A DNA stretch of 64,000 bases, taken from the NCBI GenBank assembly GCA_016748015.1, contig JAAOMT010000708.1:124001-188000 (forward strand). Direction: 5' to 3'. The DNA comes from Geosiphon pyriformis uo1. Lineage: Eukaryota > Fungi > Glomeromycota. Made by a program: the position numbers and the translations under genes. Below the pieces are notes generated by a model. It worked only from the letters and a program-made list of their open reading frames with translations. It was not told the DNA's origin and did no database searches. Below are positions 13,336 through 23,410 of the stretch, piece after piece (positions within the stretch are counted from its first letter, which is position 1; the number at the start of each line of letters is the position of its first letter).

Positions 13336-14388
13336 ATGTCACTTAGTACAACAGATACCGCAATGTCATTATGTCCTGTCCCCGATTGTGAAAATCAGCT
13401 TAGTCCAGGAACACGTCTTTGTGATGTTCATGTAATTTCTTTATTGCGTAAGTAATTAGATTATCGCTTAACAACTATCGAAGGTTAGAGACTTTCTTAA
13501 TTTTTCAAAATCTACAGGCCATCAAAACCCATTTCCTGGAATCCACTTAATTAAGATTCCAGCTAAAAATAAAGAGATTGTTACAATATTTCCACTACCC
13601 AAAAATTCACAACGATTCTTATCGCGCGTCACCACAATAACTAGTGATTGGAAGAAATCGAACGTGACCGATTTCAGAATTGAAACAGTTGCTGAAATTC
13701 ACCCAAGTCCATATCAAATTAAAACGTATAATGCCTACAAAGAACATATCGCAAATTTGAGAGAAGGTAATGGTGGTGCTAACGTGATGGCACTATATCA
13801 TGGTACCCATCAACATTGTAATCCAATCATTCTGAAAGAGGATGATAGTGCGCACCCAAAGCCAACTTTATGTAAAAGCAGCGATTGTGGGATTTGTGGG
13901 GTAATTCTCAACGGCTTTGATCCCGAAAAGATAGGTAAAAACGAACGTGGTGAGACCTTTCAAAGATTAGGCATGGGATTTTATTTCGCACCCAACCCTT
14001 CTAAGGCGCACTATTATTCTCGTGGGGCGGTTTGTTTTATCAAATATCAATTCTTTTAACGAAATTGACCTCTCAACATCAAGATTTAATTTTTTCTCCT
14101 TTGATTTTACCATACTAGCAAAAACTTCATCCACACGATCCCAACCGTTACACACAAGTGCTTTTACGATGTTTAGTGGTATGCGGCAACCCTTATAATG
14201 AGACTGTGGTAAACCAAACACGAACTTCCCCGCCAGCAGAATATGATTCAGTTTATGGGGGAGTCGGAACGTGTAAGTCTCGCGGACATGGTCCTCTGAA
14301 TTGGCCAGAGTACGCTGTCTACGATCCGCGAGCAGCCTTGGCTGTTGAATATATCGTGTATAGCTATAGCTCTACTTCTGAATTCTAA
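13336..14388 (+). CDS. PARP-fold (diphtheria-toxin-like) ADP-ribosyltransferase, ~297 aa; 3 exons (13336-13447, 13518-14029, 14119-14388)
   Basis: in-frame splicing gives LYHGT, RLGMGFYFAPNPSKAHYYS, LLRCLVVCG, YDSVYG and LNWPEYAVYD, the H-Y-E ART signature in the expected order; Cys cluster C..LCKSSDCGIC after HGT. Confidence 0.85.
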
Positions 14389-14960
14389 ATGTAATCTTTA
14401 GGAAGTAAATTTGGCATCTTGATAGCATTAAACAACGTTTTTGAATAAATGAATCTCATCGTATCCAATGATTTTTTTAAGAGGCAGCAAGTTGCCAAAA
14501 TTTTTTTCCAATCTTGCATACTATGGGTCAAATTAGCAACAATCGACAAAACTTTAGACTGAATTTTAGATTCTAGTTATAATTCCAAATCTAAGACCAA
14601 GTCATAACCAATATTCCGATATTCCTTAATAGACTTAAATTTCACAACAATAACTGCTCAATAACTACTATTATCATGACACGAACATATTTTAAGCTTC
14701 TGGCAACATCGATTACCCGCAGCAAACAAATTTACTTTCCTTGTTTAGACGTAACAGCACTGCGCCTGAACACACTTTTGCACTCGCCAAAAAGCAATAC
14801 TGGTTTAAGATGGTATTATGATTATACTATATCAAGGATCCAAGGTTGGCATCAAAATACTAAATTGTGAAAAAGTTTCTCTTGTCAGCTATTTCGTTTT
14901 CTTGTATTTCATATGCAAAATCAATTTCTTACAATTGGTATTAAAATCTTGGTAATAAAA

Positions 14961-15365
14961 ATGAAAGCATCAAACACTTTCCTTGGCAAATTACCATTTT
15001 CCACCCAACAACGTGGGATTTCGTCCGTCACACGCCCAAGCCCAAACCCCCTTAAAAATCAATCAAAGGCTGTAGAACTTGCCAATTCATCATCCCAGCA
15101 GAAAAGAAATCGAATAAAACCGTCACAACTTGACACTCCATCTGCTGCACCTGAGGGTACCATCCTTACTGGCCTTAATTATATGAAAGATGGATCTGAT
15201 CCAATTGCAAAACCTGATCATGAGTACCCTGATTGGTTGTGGGATTTGCTTGATCCAGTAAAACAAGCGGCATCAGCAAATGATCCACTCTCTCGTTCTT
15301 ACCACCGTCGAATTCGCCTACACAATATTCGTAATGCGAATTTTGATAAGAATAAGAAAAAGTGA
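14961..15365 (+). CDS. MRPL37: Mitochondrial large-subunit ribosomal protein mL54 (yeast Mrpl37); start could be 14913
   Basis: motif SAAPEGTILTGLNYMKDGSDPIAKPDHEYPDWLWDLL, basic C-terminus IRNANF, and a basic/hydroxylated N-terminus resembling a presequence. Confidence 0.9.
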   Translation: MKASNTFLGKLPFSTQQRGISSVTRPSPNPLKNQSKAVELANSSSQQKRNRIKPSQLDTPSAAPEGTILTGLNYMKDGSDPIAKPDHEYPDWLWDLLDPVKQAASANDPLSRSYHRRIRLHNIRNANFDKNKKK

Positions 15366-15721
15366 TTGCGAGGCCACGAAGTAGAATTGGACAATTTGAA
15401 TTTCTGATAATTACGAAAAATATGGTTTGACAAAAATTTCATGCCCCAATATTGGTGAGGAACAATTCCCATGATTCAAATTTTCATTCAAATCTTTAAT
15501 GTTATTATTGTCCGTGACATTATTGCCAGTTCAACTATTTGTATCTTTAAAACCAAAATAAATGACCAATAAGAATACTATATTACAAATACAATCCTTA
15601 TACTTTAGGATGCGTTCAGCTATATTGCAAAACAGAAGAAGGTATTCAGATCAAAATATTTTCTGTGACAAGACTGATATCTATATACACCCAAATATAA
15701 CTCCAAAAAAACCCCGATTAA

Positions 15722-18575
15722 TTACAGCTCAATCAATGGTCGTTCTTCAATCTGTTGTGGTTGATGGGGAGGTATCTGTTGTGGTTGATAATTTTGCTGA
15801 TAGGATTGGTGTTGGTACTGATAAAAGTTTGTCTGTGGTTGTGCTGTAGTTGAAGACACTGGCTGCTGTTGCAATTGTTGGAATCTAAAGGTGTAGCATT
15901 CAATATGTTTAGAAAAAAATACAACAATCCTTATATGCAGAATTATAAATCTGGATTGGAAAATTACCCTGCGTCGCTATACCCGGATGTGGGCGCGAAA
16001 GGCGGTACTCCATTGGGTTGTGCTGGATATTCTTGCTGGGAAGTAGCAGTAGCTGGTACTTGATATTCAGTAATTGTAGTAGTAGTCGCTGCGTTATTAT
16101 TGAGGGTTGAAGTGGGAGCATAGGGTGCTTGGGGTTGATGAGAATAAGGGGCATAAGGCAATTGTTTTGATGGTTGGTATTGTTGTGATTGTTGATATTG
16201 TTGCGGCTGATCTGCTGATGAGACCGATGGTTGTTGAGAATATTGAGAAGTTGAAGCTAGAGATTGGACAGCGAAATAAGTAGGTGATTGTGCAGGTGCC
16301 GAGGCAACTGGATAGCTGAGCTGAGGGTAAACGTTTGCATTCGTAGCTGTGCTGAGAATTGGATAAATAGATCCTGACGCAAGAGAACCAACCCTTTGTC
16401 TGGATGGATATGACGTTGAGACGCGACGTGTATATGTACTCGCGAGTTTCTCTTCCAAAAGTCTGTCATACAGTTTTACAACTTGAGCCAACTTTTCATG
16501 TATATCCACAAGATCCTCTAATGTAATATATAATGGTCAGTATTATATTAATAAATTGTGGGAATTCTATGAAGTTACAACTCACGGTGTTTTTGTATTG
16601 TCTCGCTCAATGTTTTTGTTAATTTGGGTTTCAATTGTCCGATTATTTCATTTAACTCCTTAAAAAAGATCAAGGAATTAATTCAGAAAAATAATAATAA
16701 TACTATTAAATTCAGGCACGAACCTGAACTTGGCGATCTCGCATCAAATCGCTCCCACTTTGCTCGATTCTATCTACTATATCTGCAAATTTGTGAATGT
16801 TTTCGGCCTCAATTGGTGAAAGTTCATGAGGCGATACATTTGTTGCGGGTAATCTATAGGCTTCAATGTCATATCCTGGATAATTTGATGTCGCGTATTG
16901 AGATTGATTTGTCGAGTGCGCTTGATTAAGGTTCATTTCTCGAAGCGAAGCTGCAATAGCGGCAGCGAGATCCACATCTTCTTCTTCGTCCTGTGTAGTA
17001 TCGTAATTTGTAGTTAGACATTTTTAATCCAAAATACGTCGCTATTCAGTTATACTCGCCTGTTTTTTCGGCGCCTCTACCGCCTTATGAACTACTTTAG
17101 ACTGGGGAGGTGAGTAAACACGGCTAGATTCTGCTTCTTTCAAAGATAACTCGATGGCTTTCTTGATATCCTCATCGTCATCATCACGACGTAGATTGGG
17201 AGAACTTGAGTTAGGATTTCCATTTGGCAAGGAGTTTGAGTGTGAATGTGAAATGGAACTATGAACAGGTCTTTGGACTGTTTGATCGACACTTGCACTA
17301 TGGAAACAAGTCCATTTTGTCATATGAATCCAATTTTAATACTTAATACGAAAAAATATATTAATTGAAAGAAACAAGTACCTTCTTGCTTTTGAATGCT
17401 TTTTAGAAAAACATGACTCACAAACTCTAACTCGATCGTTCATGCCGATATGGGGCAGCTCCATTGTTTTGGATGAACAATCACCGCAAAAAGTTTGCCC
17501 ACAATTACGACAATGATGCTAAAAAACAAAAACTTTTTAGAATTGGATCTGCAATACTCAACAGTCTAAGGGTAAATAATGCTCTTAACCTTTCTATTGA
17601 ATGTTGTAAAAGATGTTCGACATCTCATGCATACGTCACTATCAGTCCATTCTGGAGGCTATCGTGGTTTGAATAAAAATTAAAATAAATTCTTCAGAGC
17701 TGCTTTGATTAGACAAGCAATGATATTAGCAAATACCGTAGCAGTGTCAATCATGACGGCGGTCGTAGTCTTTTCGATTCGAGGAAATTGGTAATCTAAT
17801 TTAAGAATAGCAAGAGGCCACCGACAAATCAGTTTGTAATTTTCTAATACTAGATTTAATGAATGAATTTATAGTCACCTTCAGCCTTTAATGATCGATA
17901 AGTCTCGGTAACATATCTTAATTCTGGTTTGCCTTCAAAGGCTATCCCCCATGTTTGAATCAAACCGAGAATCTTGATTTTAACCTCGGAGTTACCACCC
18001 GTCTTAATATGTTAAGAAAAAATAATGATATTAGTTTGTGAAAGCAATAGAAATTGCTGATAATGAAATAACAAGTGTTATAATTACAGGTGTCCTGACG
18101 AGGGAAACAAGATTATCGACAAATTCGCGCGAAGCGATTTCGATTAAAAAATGATTGCCTCCATTTTTAACGCAAGCATCTGTCAACTGAATTGGTGGAA
18201 ATTTAAAATTTATGATAACAAAAAACGACGTCAATTTAAGCTTCTATGGGCCAGATAATTCTATATCGTCTTAATGATACCGACTCCTAAAGCCAACAGC
18301 TGAACATTCGGATTTGAGTGATCAATTCTTCTCTTCAGAGCTCTCATGGCATCTTTAGCTGAAACTGATTTGCTGCGTATCTGATCACATACATCCAAAC
18401 TCAATACTAAATCTTCTTGACCTTTGGGAAGTAATTCCGAGGTGGCCTTGTCTTTCAAAAAGAAAGCATTTTTTGCTAGTAGCTCATAAAAGTAAACGCA
18501 CAGAAGGAAAGAAATTGGGAATTTACCAACAAGTTCATCGAACTGACTGGGTCCCCATATCATTCTAGAAACCAT
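15722..18575 (-). CDS. VPS27: ESCRT-0 subunit Vps27/Hrs (VHS, FYVE, two UIMs, GAT-like region, Q/P-rich tail, C-terminal clathrin box); multi-exon
   Basis: VHS ([35 protein letters not shown]), FYVE ([30 protein letters not shown]), UIMs [14 protein letters not shown] and [12 protein letters not shown], terminal ERPLIEL*. Confidence 0.93.
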
Positions 18576-19595
18576 GTTATTACAAGAGAATAGCGACAAC
18601 TTTTGTTAAGACTTTACTAATATACGATATCGCCAAATGGTGATATCGTAGAATTGTGGAATATCATGTGAGTCTCAATAGTTAATTGATTTGTTTTAAT
18701 AAAATGCTATTTTTTATATTACCCTCAAAAAACAGCAACATAATTAAAAATCGCATTAACTTATGAATTAAATAATTAAAAAAATTTTTACTATTATTTT
18801 AACATTTTATTTGAAAAATTAAACATTTATATTAAAAATTAAATTAATAATAAATAAATCGAAATTTTGTAATATTTACAATATATATGTATATACACAT
18901 AAATAATTAAAATTATTTTTATTAAATTTATAATTTAAATTTTAATAATTTATAAAAATTTATAATAAGTTAAAAAAAATCAAATCCTCTTTTTTTTGTT
19001 GATTTTTTGACCACCAAAAAACAAAGCATATTATTTTATTATTATCTAAGTTTAAAGTTTCAAATCTGTTTACTTAAAAGTTTTTTTTAATAATGATAAT
19101 AGTAAAAAAAATAACAAAAAAGCCAAAAAAAAAGATTTTATTGCTTTGTTTTTATTTAATTATTATAAAAAAATATTTTTTTAACAATTTTTTGTTTAGA
19201 AATTGACAATAATAAATATTATTATTAAAAACATGTTCAAAAAAACAGTTAAAAAAGAATTAAGTTAAACAACAAAAAAGATATTTTGGTATTCAAGCTA
19301 AAAACTTTAGTATTAATAACAATATTAATCTATAAGAGCCAGCAATTAAGTTAAAAAGTTTTTACAATTAAGTAATAAATGCAATATTATAAATAAAAAT
19401 AAAACAAATAAAATTAACACAAAGAATATAAAAAAATATTATGTTAAAAAAACCAGTTTTAATTTGAAAAATAATTTTAAAATTTTAAATTATTTGATTA
19501 AAATAATTATTATTATTAAAAACTTTTTAATAATACTACTTAAAAAACCAAATTTTAAAAAATAAGTTTTAATTTATTATTATTATTTTTGCTAA

Positions 19596-19724
19596 TTATT
19601 TATTATTATTATTATTATTTAATAAGTGCAGTCTAATTATTATCTAATATATAAAGTCAAGATTAAGAATTTTAGCTAAACATAATTCACATATTTTTTA
19701 TATGTAATCAGTTATTCAAACCAG
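19596..19724 (-). mobile_element. Putative LINE 3' UTR and (AAT)n tail, separated from its ORF2 end (38163-38374) by insertion of element A
   Basis: removing element A at its TSD joins 38163-38374 to this segment, which ends in an AAT-repeat tail on the minus strand. Confidence 0.45.
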
Positions 19725-20563
19725 TATTACTCATAAAATATAGGAAAGTATATTTGCATATAAATTAGCCAATTAGAAGTAGCCATAGTAAATATGAAAT
19801 TCCAGGATTTTTCTTAAAGGAATTACAGGATTCCAAAAATTTTAGGATTCTCATACAAAAAATTGCAGGATTCCAGAATTTCAGGATTCTTCTCAAAAAA
19901 ATTGCAAGATTCTAGAAATTCCAGGATTTCTGGTATGAAGAATTAAGAAATTGAGAAATCTTAATTATGTATATATATTGGTAGCATTAGAAGTAAAAAA
20001 AGAGACCTCCAAGTTTAAATTTAATTTAAGCAACCTTCTCTATCACAAATATCAAAATAAATAATTATTTACTATCTTAAATCTACTCTTTACTATCAAT
20101 ACTTTATGTTGATAGTAATTAATACTTGAACACATTAAAACAATAGCTCTTGATCACGGCTATTAATAGGATACTAACTTTCATTGTCTTGGCTTATTTT
20201 TTTATTTCTTTAATTTTTTTATTTCTTTTGTTATGTATTAATTGATTAAAGAATTAAAGCGCTAAGTTATTAACATCAAGGATTGCCTGGTAAAAAACCC
20301 CTGCGAATGAGTAGAGCACATAAAAGAATTATGGATTACTTATTAGAAAAGTATCAGTCATCAAGCTGAAGAAAAAAATTAACAGAATTGCAATTCTGAA
20401 AAGCTACAGATAAACAACTATTGAATCTCTGTTCATTATACAAAGAACTCAACCAAAATCTTCAGATCACAAAAATCTTTAGAAACTAACAACATTATAT
20501 CAATTGAGTACCAAGTTATGAATTTGTTATTTGCTTTAAAACCCCAAATAATTACCTGTAACA
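19725..20563 (+). repeat. 5' LTR of element A
   Basis: aligns with 37346-38158; followed by decayed PBS TTTAGTGCTCTCTATGAGG. Confidence 0.9.
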
Positions 20564-22275
20564 TTTAGTGCTCTCTATGAGGTATAATCCTACAGAAAAC
20601 CAGCACCAACAACAATCATTCAAAAGTGGCAGAATTAGAAATCATAAGAGCAAACCATTTAGGATTTGCCAAATCCTTGTTTCAACAGTACAGCCAACAA
20701 TTAGGATTAAACAATAACTATTTCCCAGCAGAATCAGCCTTCAACTTTTACATTAATGATAAAATCACAGACTGCTTAGGAAGAACAGTTAACATTGAAT
20801 TCACAAGAGAAAATTTTCTATACAGAATTGTTTCAACATATCAGCTTACCAAAAAATTACAGTTTTGCACCAATCATTAGGGAAATTAATCAAACCATTA
20901 AAAAATATATCCAACAACAATTTCCTATTATCTACACAGACAAAGGCAAAGAAAAATTGCAAATACCAGCAGTAACACCCAAAAAGATACAAATATTCAC
21001 TTAGAAAAAGACCAAATTTGAATTACCAACCAATTTATCATACTATTATACACCAGAAAGTGCCATCAATATTTCCTCAATAGATGTATCCACATCAAAC
21101 ACAACATTAACCTTTGGACAATTCCCATTCCAAAGTAAACAAAAAAGAGCAGAGTTATTAGGATCATACAGCAAATATTTTGAAGGATTTAAATCATGAT
21201 TACCAATGCCATTAGGATTTTGATTACCACCACCTCAACCAGATTTCAGAACTGCAAGTCCATAAAAAGTAACAGAATTAGAAGAAAAAGAAAGTGAAAA
21301 TCAGAAATTTACTTATCAAAACCCAATTCCAAAAAATCCAAAAGCTGAAACTCTAAACATTCAAACTCAGTAAAAGTGACAAAAAAAAAACAGTAGTAAT
21401 TATGCAAACAATCCAAACTCTGAAACAATTAATCAATAAAACTTACCTCCAGTAATCATTATCAACCAGCCACCAATTGAACTGGTTATTGAACTGATTC
21501 AACAGCAGTCACTTTAGCAACCTATTCAACAACCATTTTAACTATCACAATAATAACCAATCGCACAAATAGCATATACACACATTGCAAAGCTAGAAAA
21601 ATTTTCTGGTGAAAAGAACAATGCCCAAACATGGATCAATGATGTCACCAAAGCCATTATCACCAATAATTAAGATGACACCAGAGCCCTTCAAGCAATT
21701 CCCTATTTTTTTTAGAATACTACCAACTCATGATATCATAGTCTAGCTCAAAAACCCCAAACATTTGATGCATTTTAATTGGGATTTTTAAGATATTTTA
21801 GTAACAGCAACAGCATTAATCACTTGGTCAACATCTTTACTACCATCAAACAAAAAAATACTAAAGCAGTTACCACTTACTTGGGATGTTTCTATCAAAA
21901 TCTGCATCAAATACAAGTCATCGATACCAACTATTTTACTGCAGTCTAGATCCTAAATCAGTTTATTTGCGGATTATACAGTAGTATCCTGCAACATGTA
22001 TGGCCACTACATTCAGTCAACCTACAAGACACAGTCACATGCATCAGGAATTTTGAATTAGCTGAATTAGAAGCTAATCACACCCAAGCCATAAATCTAG
22101 TAATGAATAGATCATCTGACTTGGGTTCCAAACTAAAGCAATTCAGTAATTCAATCAATTAGAAAATCGAGGAATACTTAGCTGACAATTATGCAATTTA
22201 TCAATTACTACAATAATGCAATAATTTAGGAAACACAAATCATTTCCAAAATCAGTCACATTTGTCATTATCTAA

Positions 22276-23348
22276 TATTACCCAAGTAGAAAAACCAATC
22301 CAAAGTTATAAAGAAATGTGACCAAAACATGACATAACACAGAATAACACACAATAACATTGGATAATGTGTTATAATATAGGATAACGTGTTATAATGC
22401 AGGATAACACAGAATAGCACACAATAACATAGGATAACATGTTATAATACAGGATAATACAGAATAACATGTAATAATGTCAGATAATGTGTTATAACAT
22501 AGGGTAACTAGTGATAATGTAAAAAAACGAAGCAATAACAGAAACAACAAAGCAATAGCTAGCAATAGTGAGACAATTGAAAGCAATCCTGTAAAACCAA
22601 AAGAATGTATAAAAGCAAGTAATTGTAGAAGTAAGAAAAGACAAATAGATACAAATCTCTAAACAAGAATTAAATATCCATATCCCTTCATTCTTTATTA
22701 TTTTCCCTATTTCATTTTCTGAAATAAACCAATTATTAAAGAAATCAGAATCACAAATTCATGTTCTCGAACTTCGTGGAATTTACGTGAATTAATTTTT
22801 GTCTTGTACCTCTGTTCTAAGACAGATGTTCTTAGCATAACTGTCTCAAATCTATTAATGATTTGGACCAATTACTTTTGATCACGGTGATTGACGATAC
22901 TAATTTATCTTTTCTTTCTTTTCTTTTCTTTTTCTTTTTCTTTCTTTTTTTGTCTTATTTTTGTGGAGCAGCAACATAGTAAAATTAACTGTCTGGGAAT
23001 AGACTTCATGATAGCCTGGTAAAAAAGGGAAGCTCCCTTTAAGTTTTGAATATTAACATTATCTTTGTTAACTTATCAGAAGGACGAAAAGACAATGTCA
23101 GACCCTAATGATTGCACTTGTTAGCTTGGAAAAAAAAGCTCACATTTACGAAAAACGTTGCAATCGACAAAAGACAAACTCTGTGCCTTATAACCAAAGA
23201 ACTTAATGGGTAAATTTACATCCAAAAATAGACTTTTAGAGACTGATAATCAAGACTAAGCCAACAGAATTACGTGGAAGATGCATCATCAATAATTGAG
23301 AGTGTCAAACATTATCATTTCCCATATCCACCAAGTTTACTCATAACA
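22276..23348 (+). repeat. 5' LTR of element B (10-bp-period ATAAC array ~22324-22520; TATAAAA 22608-22614)
   Basis: aligns with 29650-30726 and 58795-59831. Confidence 0.92.
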
Positions 23349-23350
23349 TT

Positions 23351-23367
23351 TGGTGCTTTCTGTGAGG
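23351..23367 (+). promoter_or_regulatory. Primer-binding site of element B (TGGTGCTTTCTGTGAGG); tRNA identity unresolved (elongator Met- or Ile(UAU)-like 3' end)
   Basis: TGG starts 2 nt after the LTR end; related TGGTGCT.. PBS follows the 5' LTRs of A, C, D and E. Confidence 0.8.
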
Positions 23368-23410
23368 TTATAAATTCACAGAGACAGAGCACCCCCAAAA
23401 ATACATAAAA

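Noticed and set aside
19200-19560. Possible extremely decayed LINE ORF1 fragment (..YYVKKTSFN)
   Set aside because: Too AT-rich and degenerate to support without an alignment
22324-22520. CRISPR-like or coding interpretation of the ATAAC array (antisense ORFs 22392-22586 and 29766-29960)
   Set aside because: 10-bp tandem units without unique spacers, inside LTRs, with no cas genes; the ORFs are by-products of the repeat
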